DNA of 64,000 nucleotides from Parcubacteria group bacterium Gr01-1014_13 (lineage in GTDB: Bacteria > Patescibacteriota > Patescibacteriia > Magasanikbacterales > GWA2-37-8), in contig VMGB01000003.1 of NCBI GenBank assembly GCA_007376295.1, positions 7,106 through 71,105 on the forward strand, written 5' to 3'. Shown piece after piece: positions 25,435-37,001 of the stretch (positions are counted from its first letter, which is position 1; each line of letters begins with the position of its first letter). The notes under the pieces are model-generated. The model was not told the DNA's origin. It searched no databases and worked only from the letters and a program-made list of their open reading frames with translations. The translations under genes were made by a program, and so were the position numbers.

Positions 25435-27873
25435 CTATCTCACCTCTGCACCAAACTTTTCTTTCAAAATTTTCACCGATCCATCATGAGCTTTATCTAC
25501 TTCTTCGGTTACTAGGGTGCGCTCTCGGTTTTGATAGACAAAATGATAAGCCATGCTCTTGTAATTTTCTCCCACACCTTTTCCTTCGTAGACATCAAAC
25601 AACTCCACAGAATGTAAAAGCGGATCGGCGCCAAGCAACGCTGCCAAAATATCGGCATGTGCCACATCTTTTTTCACCGATATAGCTAAATCGCGTTCTG
25701 CGGATGGAAATTCTGCTATTGGCGCATATTTTTTGACTGCAGAGGATAATTTTGCCAGCTCGTCCAAATTCAGAGACACCATCGATACCGCACATTCCAA
25801 ACCAAAATTTTCTACAACCATTGGATGAAATTCAAATACTCTGCCAACAAAATCACTACCTACCATTATTTTACCGTTGCGCGAAGGATGTTGCCACGGA
25901 CGTAATTTATCGTTTTTTTCTAATTTAAATTCTTTGTTTAGATCCGCAAAAATTGCTTCGGCAGCTCGGCGCGCTTCCCAAAAAGGATTTTTATCTTTCT
26001 TGCTGGCAAAAATCGCATGCAACCAAGTATCTTGCCTTGGCAAAAGCTCGTTGCTGTTTTCAGTTATTCTCGCTCCAGGTTCTCCCAACAAAAATCTCTT
26101 CCCTACTTCAAACAATCGTAGTTCTGGATAATCATCGATATTCTTTTTTACATTTTCCAGTAAATTATTCATCAAATGGCGGCGTAAAAAAGGACGTTCT
26201 TGTGATAATGGATTTTCCAGTTCCAAGTGCTGAGAAACATCTTGACCTAACTTGGTTATGGATTGCGGGCTAACAAAAGAATAGTTATATACTTCGGTAT
26301 AGGCCAAAGAATTAACCAAAATATTTTTACAACGTCTTTCTAAATTTAATAATTTATTTTCTTCGGGAGGATTTATGGCAAATACTGGCATCTGCGAAAC
26401 TATCTTGTCGAAACCATGGATACGGATTATTTCTTCCACCAAATCTTCAGGGATAGAAATATCTTTGGTGGCTCGCCAGCTAGGAATTATTACTGACAAC
26501 TCTTCATTTTTAATTTTTACTTCAAAACCCAAAGCTTCCAAAATTCTGACTGCTTCTTTTTTAGGAAGTTTAGCACCCATTTTACTGTGCAAAAATTCCA
26601 TAGACATAGTAATTGGCCCTTGTTGCAAACTAAACTTTGCCTGATCCGCAACATTGCTGGCAACTTTGGAACCCTTACAAATTTCTAAAACCAATTCCAC
26701 CGCATATTCCAAAGCCATAGCAGCCAAATTTGGATCCAAACTTTTTTCAAACCGCGCCGAAGAATCGCTGCGCAACCCCAGCTTGGCGGAAGTGTGACGA
26801 ATAGAACCAGCTTCAAAATTCGCAGATTCAAAAATAATAGTTTTTGTATCGTTATTTATACCGGAATCCAATCCGCCCATTACTCCGGCAATAGCCAAAG
26901 ATTTTTCACTATCTGCAATCATTAATACCTTGGAGTCTAATTTTCTTTTCTGGCCATCAAGCGTGGTAAATTCTTCTCCATCTTTTGCTGTTTTGACAAC
27001 TATTTTGCCATTAGCCACACGAGACGCATCAAACGCGTGCATGGGTTGTCCCAGATCCATCATTATATAGTTAGTAATATCCACGATATTATTTATCGGT
27101 CTCTGCCCCACAGATAACAAAGTTTTCTGCAGCCACTGTGGAGATGGAGCAACATTTATTCCGGACATGGCCACGGCCATATAGCGCGGACACAGTTTAG
27201 CGTCCTTTACTTCTACGTTTAAAGAAATATCTTTGCCTGGCTCAATTGTGCCTGCCTCATAATGCTGCTTTAATTTTTTTCCATACAATACTGCCACTTC
27301 GCGGGCAATACCATAATGTCCCCACAGGTCTGGACGGTTGCTTAATGATTTGTTATCTATTTCTAAAATAGCATCATCTAACCCTAAAGCTTTGGCCAAA
27401 GCAACTCCTGGTTTAACTTTGAAATTACTTAAATCTAAAATTTCTTTTTCTTCACTAAGCGGAAACATTTCTGCTAGACCAATTTCGGTAGAAGCGCAGA
27501 TCATGCCGGCAGATTCTACACCGCGAATAGCGACTGGTTTTAATTCCACCAAATCGCCTTCGCCATGCCATTTTACTTTGGCGCCAATTTTGGCGAGTGC
27601 CACCAACATACCTTTGTTTACATTACTGCCACCGCAAACAATTGACAGCTGCTCGCCGCCCACATCTACGGTACAAACTTTTAATTTATCGGCATTAGGA
27701 TGTTTTTCGGCAGATAAAACTTTTCCAACCACAACATTTTCCAAGTTTTGTCCTTGCATCTCTATTTTTTCTACTTCCACAGTACTGGCTTTCAGCTTCG
27801 CGGCTACGTCAGCAGCAGAAACAGAATCGGGAAGGTTGATATGTTGTTTTAACCAATTAAATGATATAAGCAT
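25435..27873 (-). CDS. pheT: Phenylalanine--tRNA ligase beta subunit
   Basis: tRNA-binding OB fold (HPNADKL, IVCG), NRPDLWGHYGIARE, GQPMHAFD, C-terminal anticodon-binding domain. Confidence 0.97.
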   Translation of the reverse strand: MLISFNWLKQHINLPDSVSAADVAAKLKASTVEVEKIEMQGQNLENVVVGKVLSAEKHPNADKLKVCTVDVGGEQLSIVCGGSNVNKGMLVALAKIGAKVKWHGEGDLVELKPVAIRGVESAGMICASTEIGLAEMFPLSEEKEILDLSNFKVKPGVALAKALGLDDAILEIDNKSLSNRPDLWGHYGIAREVAVLYGKKLKQHYEAGTIEPGKDISLNVEVKDAKLCPRYMAVAMSGINVAPSPQWLQKTLLSVGQRPINNIVDITNYIMMDLGQPMHAFDASRVANGKIVVKTAKDGEEFTTLDGQKRKLDSKVLMIADSEKSLAIAGVMGGLDSGINNDTKTIIFESANFEAGSIRHTSAKLGLRSDSSARFEKSLDPNLAAMALEYAVELVLEICKGSKVASNVADQAKFSLQQGPITMSMEFLHSKMGAKLPKKEAVRILEALGFEVKIKNEELSVIIPSWRATKDISIPEDLVEEIIRIHGFDKIVSQMPVFAINPPEENKLLNLERRCKNILVNSLAYTEVYNYSFVSPQSITKLGQDVSQHLELENPLSQERPFLRRHLMNNLLENVKKNIDDYPELRLFEVGKRFLLGEPGARITENSNELLPRQDTWLHAIFASKKDKNPFWEARRAAEAIFADLNKEFKLEKNDKLRPWQHPSRNGKIMVGSDFVGRVFEFHPMVVENFGLECAVSMVSLNLDELAKLSSAVKKYAPIAEFPSAERDLAISVKKDVAHADILAALLGADPLLHSVELFDVYEGKGVGENYKSMAYHFVYQNRERTLVTEEVDKAHDGSVKILKEKFGAEVR

Positions 27874-27874
27874 A

Positions 27875-28906
27875 TTAAAATTGTTCCAAAAATTTCATAT
27901 TTCCGCTTTCCAACAGCCGGATATCCTCTATGCCATACTTAAGCATTGCTAATCTGGTGAGACCAAAACCAAAGGCAAAACCTTGATTAACTTTTGGGTC
28001 TATGCCGCCTTCTTTTAAAACATTAGGATGAACCATGCCAGCCCCAAACACTTCAAGCCAGCCTGTCTGTTTGCATAACTTACAACCTTTGCCTTGGCAA
28101 AGAAAACAAGTTACTTCGCCATTTACCCCCGGCTCGACGAATGGATAAAATTTGGGACGCAACCGCATTTTTGTTTCTGGACCAAATACATGCTGGCATA
28201 CAGCTTCGAGCACACCTTTCATGTGAGCAAAATTAACATCTTTGCCGACAACTACTCCTTCTAATTGATAAAATGTGTGTTCATGGCGAACATCGGTGGC
28301 TTCATTGCGGAAACATTTTCCTGAAGAAATCATACGTAGCGGCGCGCCATATTTTTGCATAGCCCGCACCTGCACAGATGAAGTGTGGGTACGCATTACC
28401 CAATCTGGATGGCCTTTGATATAAAAAGTATCGTGCGAATCACGTGCCGGATGAGTGGCCGGAATATTTACCGCTGTAAAATTATAATAATCACTTTCTA
28501 ATTCTGGGCCATCTAAAACCATAAAGCCCATGGACGAAAAAAAATCTTCTAAATCATTTTGAATCAAAGTATTTGGGTGGAAATGCCCCCGTGCCTTGAT
28601 CGGCAAAGATGGCTGAGTAATATCTATACTTTCTTTTTCCAAAAGTCCGCCCATTTCTTTGGCAGATAATTCATGTTTTTTGGCTGCCAAAGCTTCTTCA
28701 ATTTCTTTCTTTACCTCATTGGCCAGCTGGCCAGTTTGTTTTCTGGCTTCTCCACTCAAATCTTTTAGGCCTTTCAACAAATTAGTAAGTTCACCGCCTT
28801 TACGACCTAATAATTTAATCTCTAATTCTTCCAATCCTATTTTGTCTTTGATGGCTTTGACGGCCAAAAGCGCTTCAGTTTTTAATTGTTCAAGCTTTGA
28901 TTGCAT
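27875..28906 (-). CDS. pheS: Phenylalanine--tRNA ligase alpha subunit
   Basis: HPARDSHDTF, RTHTSSVQ, FYPFVEP, GFAFGFGLTRLAML. Confidence 0.97.
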   Translation of the reverse strand: MQSKLEQLKTEALLAVKAIKDKIGLEELEIKLLGRKGGELTNLLKGLKDLSGEARKQTGQLANEVKKEIEEALAAKKHELSAKEMGGLLEKESIDITQPSLPIKARGHFHPNTLIQNDLEDFFSSMGFMVLDGPELESDYYNFTAVNIPATHPARDSHDTFYIKGHPDWVMRTHTSSVQVRAMQKYGAPLRMISSGKCFRNEATDVRHEHTFYQLEGVVVGKDVNFAHMKGVLEAVCQHVFGPETKMRLRPKFYPFVEPGVNGEVTCFLCQGKGCKLCKQTGWLEVFGAGMVHPNVLKEGGIDPKVNQGFAFGFGLTRLAMLKYGIEDIRLLESGNMKFLEQF

Positions 28907-28907
28907 A

Positions 28908-30083
28908 CTACGTTAGATTATTCCACAAATCTATAAAAAATCCTTTGAAATGTCCCAAATCTTTTATCGTAATTACCACTACCAAAAGCATTAATAAAGT
29001 AAACCCAAGTCCATGCGCTATCTGTTCGGCTCTTTGAGAAATTGGTTTGCGTTTAATTTTACTTATAATTAAAAACAGTAACCGGCCGCCATCTAAGGCT
29101 GGAATTGGTAAAATATTTATAATAGCTAAATTTAAAGAAAGCAAAGCGGTAAAATTTAACAGATAACTAAAGCCCAATCTGGCCACATGGCCTGTCATAA
29201 CCGCTATTCCCACCGGACCAGACACAACTTGGCCCATATTATTTCCAGCAAACAGACCGGCAATTAAAAAATAAAATGAAAATAGTATTTCTTTTAAATA
29301 AAAACCGGTCATGAGCATTCCATAATATATTGCCTTGTACCAGGGGTAACTTACTAATCCAACTTCTACCAAACTGACTCCTAATCCGCCTTTGCCTGTA
29401 TCCGGGTAAATAAATGGATGCACTTTCTTTTCTATTATACTGCCATCTCTTTTTATAGTCACTGTAATATCTTGATTTTTGTGACTATTTACATAATCTT
29501 GCATGGCAGAAACACTAGGATTTTGCAAATTATCCAAGGCCACAATAGTATCACCGGATTGTAGCCCGGCCTCGGCAGCTGGCTTGCCGGGCATTGCTTC
29601 TATAATTTCTAAATGTCTGTCTTTTACAGTTACTCCAGATGGTAAACCGTCTATAGCTTGCGGCAAACCCATCATAAAACCAGCCGAAAGCAAAATAAAA
29701 GCCAAAACTATATTCATCGCCACGCCCGCACACAAAGTGGCCGCTCTTTTCCAGGCATTTTGCGCAGCAAAACTATCTGGACCCGGATCTTCTCCATTTT
29801 CACCTTTGATGTGCACGAACCCGCCCAGCGGGATTAAATTTATAGAATAAACCGTGCTGCCGCCATGGGATTCCTCCTCTAGTATTCTTTTTCTACCAAT
29901 AAATTTTACTTTTTTCTTGCCGCTAGCATCTTTTATAAATTGAATTCCGAACAAGCGAGGGGGGAAACCAAAACCAAATTCATAAACTTTCATCCCACTC
30001 TTGCGCGCCACAATAAAATGCCCGAATTCATGGGATAAAACCAGCACGGCCAAAACGGCAATAAAGATTAAAAAAGTTATCAT
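28908..30083 (-). CDS. rseP: RIP metalloprotease RseP (M50, PDZ)
   Basis: HEFGH, PDZ domain, NILPIPALDGG. Confidence 0.93.
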   Translation of the reverse strand: MITFLIFIAVLAVLVLSHEFGHFIVARKSGMKVYEFGFGFPPRLFGIQFIKDASGKKKVKFIGRKRILEEESHGGSTVYSINLIPLGGFVHIKGENGEDPGPDSFAAQNAWKRAATLCAGVAMNIVLAFILLSAGFMMGLPQAIDGLPSGVTVKDRHLEIIEAMPGKPAAEAGLQSGDTIVALDNLQNPSVSAMQDYVNSHKNQDITVTIKRDGSIIEKKVHPFIYPDTGKGGLGVSLVEVGLVSYPWYKAIYYGMLMTGFYLKEILFSFYFLIAGLFAGNNMGQVVSGPVGIAVMTGHVARLGFSYLLNFTALLSLNLAIINILPIPALDGGRLLFLIISKIKRKPISQRAEQIAHGLGFTLLMLLVVVITIKDLGHFKGFFIDLWNNLT

Positions 30084-30184
30084 AGTACTTGAAAATTCAA
30101 CCTGCCTGCTATACAATACCATTCATTATATAGTAACATAATAAAAAAGCCAATAGGCTATTTAATCACTAATTACTCAAAAAT

Positions 30185-30754
30185 ATGCCAGTACTTTACC
30201 TTGTTCTAGCGGCCGTAGCAGTGTTAGCTTTATGGCTAGTAGCCGTATATAACGGCCTAATTCGCAGTAAAAACCGAGTAGACGAAGCCTTTAGCGATAT
30301 AGATGTACAGCTAAAACGCCGATATGATCTGATCCCTAACTTGGTAGAAGCGGTAAAAGGCTACATGACCCATGAGCGAGAAGCTTTGGTTAAATTAACC
30401 GAAGCCAGAACTGCCGCTATGGCCATACATGACAAAAAAGACGCTACCATTGCTGAAAAGGAACAGGCGGAAAATATGCTTTCCGGAACTTTAAAGTCTT
30501 TGTTTGCCGTTACCGAAAATTATCCGGATCTAAAAGCCAGCCAGAACTTTTTGCAACTGCAAGACGAACTTAGCGATACGGAAAATAAAATCCAGGCCGC
30601 CCGCCGATTCTACAACGGCAATGTTCGTGACTTCAATATTAAAATTCAAGTCTTCCCTTCCAACATGGTAGCCAATTCTCTTGGATTCAAAAAATACGAA
30701 TTCTTCCTGGCCGACGCAAGTGAAAAACAAAATGTGCAGGTAAAGTTTAACTAA
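30185..30754 (+). CDS. lemA: LemA family protein
   Basis: DIDVQLKRRYDLIPNLV, ENYPDLKAS, RRFYN. Confidence 0.95.
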   Translation: MPVLYLVLAAVAVLALWLVAVYNGLIRSKNRVDEAFSDIDVQLKRRYDLIPNLVEAVKGYMTHEREALVKLTEARTAAMAIHDKKDATIAEKEQAENMLSGTLKSLFAVTENYPDLKASQNFLQLQDELSDTENKIQAARRFYNGNVRDFNIKIQVFPSNMVANSLGFKKYEFFLADASEKQNVQVKFN

Positions 30755-30766
30755 ACTTACAATTCT

Positions 30767-31369
30767 ATGAAGCGCAGACCTGTAGAAAGCTCCGCACCAC
30801 CACCTGATACAGGACCATTCCGAAAAATGGAAGGCATTGTCGACACAAGTGAAGATGCGATTCTGCAAAGAATGGAAAAAGAAATAGCGGCTGAAGGAAA
30901 ATTCAGCATTAGATTGACTGAGGGTATAAAATATAAAGACGCATTTCCGCTCTTTGCGGATGCTATTAAAAACAATATCGATCCCAAGGATATTATTTTT
31001 TATTCGCTGGCCACTGGCATCATGAAATATGATAATGTGATTGAATATACGCCGAACGGCATCCTTGGTCGCGTACAAGGCAAAAAATATATTTATAAAA
31101 GTAAAGATGATTCTTATATAGAATTACGGATATGGGTAGAGAAAAATAAAGCAACATTTGATTCTCTTACTACCAAAGAAGACGTTGAAAAAATAAAAAG
31201 AAAGCAAGAAAAAGAAGACTGGTATACTGCTAATTATGAACTGAAAGATAATATTGGAAAGATTAAAAAAATGATCAAAGCTGGAATTAATATGGAATTA
31301 GACGACTTAAAAAATAATACAGAAAGTTTGTTGCAGACTATAAATGAAAAACTTAAAGAAAAGAAATAA
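30767..31369 (+). CDS. Hypothetical protein between lemA and htpX
   Basis: 200-aa ORF with native codon style, tightly packed with neighbours. Confidence 0.6.
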   Translation: MKRRPVESSAPPPDTGPFRKMEGIVDTSEDAILQRMEKEIAAEGKFSIRLTEGIKYKDAFPLFADAIKNNIDPKDIIFYSLATGIMKYDNVIEYTPNGILGRVQGKKYIYKSKDDSYIELRIWVEKNKATFDSLTTKEDVEKIKRKQEKEDWYTANYELKDNIGKIKKMIKAGINMELDDLKNNTESLLQTINEKLKEKK

Positions 31370-31371
31370 AT

Positions 31372-32253
31372 ATGTATTCTCAAATAGACTCCAACAAAAG
31401 ACAATCCGTATTACTGATGATGGTTTTTATCGCCGTCATTATTGGTTTGGGCTATGTTTTTGATAAAACCTTAGGAGCTGGTGATTATAGTTATGTCATA
31501 TTTGCTATCTTATTATCTTTTGGCATGACCGCTATCTCGTATTTTCAGGGAGACAAAATTGCTTTGTGGACTAGCGGCGCGAAGCCGATTGCCAAAGAAG
31601 ATAATGCCTATGTCTATCGTATGGTGGAAAACTTAGCCATTACCAATGGTATACCAACCCCAAAAATTTATATTATTGAAGATTCAGCTATAAACGCCTT
31701 TGCCACTGGCCGCAAACCGGAGCTGTCTTCTATTGCTGTCACCCGCGGCGCAACAGAAAAACTTACCAACGAAGAACTAGAAGGTGTGCTAGCGCACGAA
31801 CTTTCGCATGTAAAAAATTACGATATCCGGTTTATGACCTTGGTAGCCGTGCTGGTAGGTGCCATTGCCATACTATCGAATATATTTCTACGCAGCCAGT
31901 GGCTCCCCCGCCGCAATGACCGCGAAAGCGGAAACATCGGCGCTATCTTTATGATTGTTGGTATAGTGCTGGCTATACTCTCACCTATTATCGCCGAGCT
32001 TATAAAACTAGCTATTTCCCGCCGCCGTGAATATTTGGCCGATGCTTCTGGGGCGCTACTTACCCGCTATCCCGAAGGTTTAGCGCGAGCTCTGGAAAAA
32101 ATCGCAGCCGAAAATCAGCCGATGAAAAATGCCAACCACGCGACAGCTCACATGTTTCTGTCCAGTCCATTTGCGGGCAAAAAAATATCCTCTTTATTTT
32201 CCACTCATCCTCCAGCTGAAGACAGAATAAAAAAATTGAGAGAGATGGCATAG
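31372..32253 (+). CDS. htpX: Zinc metalloprotease HtpX (M48)
   Basis: NAFATG, AHELSH, SRRREYLADA, FSTHPP. Confidence 0.95.
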   Translation: MYSQIDSNKRQSVLLMMVFIAVIIGLGYVFDKTLGAGDYSYVIFAILLSFGMTAISYFQGDKIALWTSGAKPIAKEDNAYVYRMVENLAITNGIPTPKIYIIEDSAINAFATGRKPELSSIAVTRGATEKLTNEELEGVLAHELSHVKNYDIRFMTLVAVLVGAIAILSNIFLRSQWLPRRNDRESGNIGAIFMIVGIVLAILSPIIAELIKLAISRRREYLADASGALLTRYPEGLARALEKIAAENQPMKNANHATAHMFLSSPFAGKKISSLFSTHPPAEDRIKKLREMA

Positions 32254-32254
32254 T

Positions 32255-32716
32255 ATGCTAAGAGTGCTGCCATTCCGACAATCCTCCGGCTTTTGCGGAC
32301 CAGCCAGCCTAAAAATGGTTCTGGAATATTTTGGTATAAAAAAATCGGAAAAAGAATTAGCAAAATTATCTAACGCTCACCCGCATCACGGTACTAGCGC
32401 AAAAAATTTAGTTTTGACTGCCAAAAAACTGGGGCTCAAAGGTTTTTATAAAGATTTTTCTTCCATAAAAGAAATAAAAAAATATTTAGATAAAAAAATA
32501 CCGGTCATTGTGGACTGGTTTTCTCATGATGACGGACATTACTCGGTGGTAATAGGTATTGATAAAAAATTTATTTATCTGCAAGATCCGGAATTGGGCA
32601 AGATAAATAAAATAGATTTGGTTACATTCCAAAGAATTTGGTTTGATTTTGAAGAAAAAATGTTAAACAAAAAACAAGATATTTTTATTCGTCGGCTGAT
32701 TGTTATTTACCGCTAA
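32255..32716 (+). CDS. C39 family cysteine peptidase
   Basis: QSSGFCGPASL, GHYSVVIG, DPE. Confidence 0.85.
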   Translation: MLRVLPFRQSSGFCGPASLKMVLEYFGIKKSEKELAKLSNAHPHHGTSAKNLVLTAKKLGLKGFYKDFSSIKEIKKYLDKKIPVIVDWFSHDDGHYSVVIGIDKKFIYLQDPELGKINKIDLVTFQRIWFDFEEKMLNKKQDIFIRRLIVIYR

Positions 32717-33046
32717 TTAACGATTGCGCGTCTGTGCTCCCGGCCCGAATAATTTATCAAACACTGAAAGCTTGCGTACCGTACCGCGTTCATTTTTCAA
32801 AAATACTTCACCGGATTCTTTGCTAACTTTTTGCACTACATACTCAAACATTCGCAGATCATCTTCCAGTTTGGCTTTAAAAATAATTTTTGGCTTGAGT
32901 CCGGCCTGTTTTATGCGGGCAAAAATTTGCTGGCGTTTGTTGTATGCTTCATCTTTTTCGTCTTCTTGACTCTGGCGACTGGCGCTTTCTCGTTTGGCTA
33001 ACCAACTGGTGTCTGGGCTTACTGGATTGCTAGATTTTTTAGACAT
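32717..33046 (-). CDS. Hypothetical protein
   Basis: 109-aa ORF immediately downstream of the phosphomutase gene. Confidence 0.55.
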   Translation of the reverse strand: MSKKSSNPVSPDTSWLAKRESASRQSQEDEKDEAYNKRQQIFARIKQAGLKPKIIFKAKLEDDLRMFEYVVQKVSKESGEVFLKNERGTVRKLSVFDKLFGPGAQTRNR

Positions 33047-33056
33047 ATAATTTAGA

Positions 33057-34430
33057 TTATCCTCCTTGAATTATATAGCTAAACTCTTTTATTTTCTCTT
33101 GCATAGTTTGTACGTCAACTGCTTCCAAATTCAACCGCACCACTGGCTCAGTATTGCTTAATCGGACACTCGCCCAACCCCAATCAAACTTCATCCACAA
33201 ACCATCCAAATGAGAAATTTCCTGTGCTTGGTCTTTATATTTTTCTTCAACCCTAATCATTACTTCTGCTTTATCTTCTATTTCAAAATTTATCTCTCCA
33301 GAATGGAAATATTTTTGCAGCGGTGCAACCAACTCACTAAGTGGCTTGTTTTCCCGTGACAACATTTGTAAAACATACAGCAAAGACAAATCCGTGCTTT
33401 CTACATCGTACATATCGTGAAAATATAGATGCAAAGAAAGTTCACTGGCAAACGCGCCTTTAATTTCTTTAAGTGATTTTTTGATATTAGCATGCCCTAC
33501 TTTACACATATCTACGGTTGCGCCCTGTGCTTGCCATACTTCCGGGATAATCATACTTGATCTCACGTCATACAACATATGTGATCGAGGATGAGTTCGT
33601 AAAACCTCCAGACCAACTAGCGCGCCAACAAAAGACGCATCCACCACTTGTCCTTTTTCATCTACCAAACCAATTCTGTCGGCATCTCCGTCTAAGGCAA
33701 ATCCAAAGTTAGCGCCAGTGGCTACAACTTCTTTTTGCAAATCAGCTAAAGTTTCTACTTTTAACGGATTGGCTTCATGGTTAGGAAAATTTCCATCTGG
33801 TTCTAAATATAGATATTCAACTTCTACGGGTAAATTTTTAAAAACTTCCGGAATAGTAACTTTGGCCATGCCATTGCCGGCATCAATTACAATTTTCATC
33901 GGACGGATAGAATCCGGCGAGACAATAGAAAAAATTTTCTTTAAATAATCGCCAAGAACTTCTTTTTGAGGAAAAGTCTTTTCCTCCTCTTTGTAATCAA
34001 AATTTGAATTTGCCACCAATTCTTTGATTTCACCCATACCAGAAGACTCGCCAATCGGCAGACCATCACCCAAAGTTAGTTTAAAACCATTGTATTGGGC
34101 TGGATTATGGCTAGCTGTCACCATCACCCCACCGGCGTGTTCTGGGTAATTAGCGCAGGCAAAATTAAATAAAGGTGTGGAAACTAGTCCCACGTCCACT
34201 ACATCTACCCCTTCATCACTTGCCCCTCTCATCAATGCCTGCTGAAGTTCTGGACTAGTACCACGCATATCCCTGCCTACCACCACAGCCTGACCGGACT
34301 TTAACAAATCGTGATTGCGTAAAAAAACCACAAAAGCCCGGCCCAAACTATAGGCTAATTCTACAGATAATTCCGTAGCTGACAGGCCTCTAATATCATA
34401 GGCTTTGAAGATGTTTTTTGCTATTTGCAT
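33057..34430 (-). CDS. Phosphomannomutase/phosphoglucomutase
   Basis: IFKAYDIRG, VTASHNP, DGDADR, RLSNTEP. Confidence 0.93.
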   Translation of the reverse strand: MQIAKNIFKAYDIRGLSATELSVELAYSLGRAFVVFLRNHDLLKSGQAVVVGRDMRGTSPELQQALMRGASDEGVDVVDVGLVSTPLFNFACANYPEHAGGVMVTASHNPAQYNGFKLTLGDGLPIGESSGMGEIKELVANSNFDYKEEEKTFPQKEVLGDYLKKIFSIVSPDSIRPMKIVIDAGNGMAKVTIPEVFKNLPVEVEYLYLEPDGNFPNHEANPLKVETLADLQKEVVATGANFGFALDGDADRIGLVDEKGQVVDASFVGALVGLEVLRTHPRSHMLYDVRSSMIIPEVWQAQGATVDMCKVGHANIKKSLKEIKGAFASELSLHLYFHDMYDVESTDLSLLYVLQMLSRENKPLSELVAPLQKYFHSGEINFEIEDKAEVMIRVEEKYKDQAQEISHLDGLWMKFDWGWASVRLSNTEPVVRLNLEAVDVQTMQEKIKEFSYIIQGG

Positions 34431-34505
34431 AGGATAAAATCTGATTGACTAATTAGCGTAATTAAGTATATAATACAACCTATATTGAGTCAAAAAATAC
34501 CTACT

Positions 34506-36992
34506 ATGTCTAGTATTGTAGACAGATTTTCAACTCATCTTCGTGCAGTTTTGGTAGGCAGTATCCGCATTGCCACCGAACTAAAAAACACATCGGTAGA
34601 ACCGATCCATCTTTTGTTGGCTTTATCTACGCAAAAAGGGTCGGTAGCCAGCGAAGTCCTGAGCCGCTACCACCTGGATACAAAAAGCATAGAAAAAATT
34701 GCTGTAAAATTAAAGCCTGGGACTGGATCAGGGCAAAATAAAAATTTATCGCCATTTTCTTTAAATTCCAAAACTGCTTTAGAAAAAGCCCTTATTGTCG
34801 CCCAAAAGAATGGACACAACTATTTGGGCACCGAACATCTGCTTTCGGCTTTAGTAAATCTCAACGATCCGCAACTGGAACAGTTATTTAAAAAGAATAA
34901 CCTCAAAAAAACAGAGCTAAATGATCAATTGGAAGTAGTACTCACCACAGCTTCGCAGTTTCCACAAATTACCGAGATACCAGAAGCAATCAATCGCCTA
35001 CAAGAAACCTTATCTGATGATGCGATGCTCCATACAATCCTGCCTAATGATAAAAAAACCAAGAAAAAAGAGGCAGCTTTAGACTTTTTTGCAGCCAATC
35101 TCACCAGTCAGGAAATCCAGTCTGGAATTGATCCGGTAATCGGCCGCGAAAACGAAATTGAACGCATGATGCAAGTGCTTTGCCGCCGGACAAAAAATAA
35201 TCCGATACTTCTCGGTGATCCGGGTGTAGGTAAAACCGCTATCGTGGAAGGTCTGGCTAAAAGAATTGCTGCCGGTGAAGTACCTGATGTTTTGCTTGGC
35301 AAAAAAATATACGCTCTGGATATGGGCTTGCTTATTGCCGGTACTGCTTACCGCGGAGAATTTGAGGGTCGCTTGCGCCAAGTAATCGAAGAGGTCAGCA
35401 GCGATCCAAATATAATTTTATTTATCGACGAACTGCACAACATTGTTGGCGCTGGTTCAAACCAAGGCACAATGGACGCAGCCAATATCTTGAAACCGGT
35501 ATTAGCACGCGGAGTTATTCGCTGTATTGGCGCAACCACGCTCACTGAATTTAAAAAACATATTGAAAGCGACCCGGCCTTAGAAAGACGCTTCCAACCA
35601 ATTATTATCAAAGAACCATCCGTGGAAGATACTATAAAAATTCTCATGGGTATCAAAGATAATTACGAAAATTTCCATAATCTAAAAATCACTAATGAAG
35701 CAATTGTAAAAACTGTTCAGTTGTCCAATCGCTATATCACCAACAAACTTCTGCCTGATAAAGCTATAGATCTGCTAGATGAAACTGCGGCGGCCAAACG
35801 CTTGTCTGTCAAACCAACTCTGGCAGAATCAAGGTTGCTGCGTTTAAAAAACGAACTGGCCAAAACTACAACGGCCAAAGAAATTGCCGCCGGACACGAC
35901 AGATTTTCTGAAGCTGTAAAATTAAAAGAAAAAGAAAAAATTATTGAACAGGAAATAAAATACTATAAAGAAAAAATATCTACCCAAAAAATTCCCAAAA
36001 CCGCATCTACTGTCACCGAAAAAGATATTATTAACCAGCTGGCAAAGATTATCGAGACTCCGATTCGCGATCTGTTTATAAACGAAAAATACGACTTTCC
36101 ATTTGAATCCGAGCTGCAAAAACATATTATCGGCCAAGATGAAGTTTTACGCGAAGTTGCGCAAATTATCCGTCAGGCCAAACTAGAACTTTCTAATCCC
36201 AACCGGCCGCTCGCTTCATTTTTGTTTGTTGGTGAAAGCGGTGTTGGCAAAACCGGGCTGGCAAAATCTTTAGCCGCAGCGCTTTATCCAAGCCAAAGTT
36301 CTTTTATTCAGCTCAACATGAGCGAATTTAACGAAAGTTTTGGCGTTTCCAAACTGCTTGGCTCTCCGGCTGGATATGTTGGCTATAAAGAAAGCAATCA
36401 GTTTACTGACCGAATTAAAATGAATCCGTACTGCGTAATTCTGCTGGACGAAATCGATAAAGCCCATAAAGATGTCACTAAACTTCTTTTGCAGATGTTG
36501 GAAAACGGGGAAATCACCGACTCAGTTGGTAAAAAAATATCCCTCAAACACGCCATAATTATTCTCACCACTTCTCTGGGAGCAGACGAACTGAAAAAAT
36601 CAAACATCGGTTTTGGTAAAGCCAAAGAAAATTCCGAAAATAAAAAAATAGTCAAAGACAAACTAAAAGATTTTTTCTCTGCCGAACTCATAAACCGATT
36701 AGACCAAATCTGCCTGTTTAACAGCCTCACCAAAACCGATTTGGCAAAAATAGCGGCTTTGGAAATTACTGAGCTCAACAAACAATTGGTGCCCTACAAT
36801 ACCGCTCTAGGTGCTGACGATGAAGTATTTGCTTGGTTCGTGGATCAGCTGGCCGAAAAAAATAACGCCCGCGAAGTCCGCCGCCAAATCAGAAACCATG
36901 TAGAAAAAATAATGGCTGAACTGATTGTGCAGAATAAAATAAAAGCCCAACACAAACTTGTTTTACAGGAAAATAAATTGTCCGTGAGATAA
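34506..36992 (+). CDS. clpC: ATP-dependent Clp protease ATP-binding subunit ClpC-like
   Basis: Clp-N repeats, GDPGVGKT and GESGVGKT Walker A motifs, [16 protein letters not shown]. Confidence 0.9.
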   Translation: MSSIVDRFSTHLRAVLVGSIRIATELKNTSVEPIHLLLALSTQKGSVASEVLSRYHLDTKSIEKIAVKLKPGTGSGQNKNLSPFSLNSKTALEKALIVAQKNGHNYLGTEHLLSALVNLNDPQLEQLFKKNNLKKTELNDQLEVVLTTASQFPQITEIPEAINRLQETLSDDAMLHTILPNDKKTKKKEAALDFFAANLTSQEIQSGIDPVIGRENEIERMMQVLCRRTKNNPILLGDPGVGKTAIVEGLAKRIAAGEVPDVLLGKKIYALDMGLLIAGTAYRGEFEGRLRQVIEEVSSDPNIILFIDELHNIVGAGSNQGTMDAANILKPVLARGVIRCIGATTLTEFKKHIESDPALERRFQPIIIKEPSVEDTIKILMGIKDNYENFHNLKITNEAIVKTVQLSNRYITNKLLPDKAIDLLDETAAAKRLSVKPTLAESRLLRLKNELAKTTTAKEIAAGHDRFSEAVKLKEKEKIIEQEIKYYKEKISTQKIPKTASTVTEKDIINQLAKIIETPIRDLFINEKYDFPFESELQKHIIGQDEVLREVAQIIRQAKLELSNPNRPLASFLFVGESGVGKTGLAKSLAAALYPSQSSFIQLNMSEFNESFGVSKLLGSPAGYVGYKESNQFTDRIKMNPYCVILLDEIDKAHKDVTKLLLQMLENGEITDSVGKKISLKHAIIILTTSLGADELKKSNIGFGKAKENSENKKIVKDKLKDFFSAELINRLDQICLFNSLTKTDLAKIAALEITELNKQLVPYNTALGADDEVFAWFVDQLAEKNNAREVRRQIRNHVEKIMAELIVQNKIKAQHKLVLQENKLSVR

Positions 36993-37001
36993 TTTTCTTC
37001 T

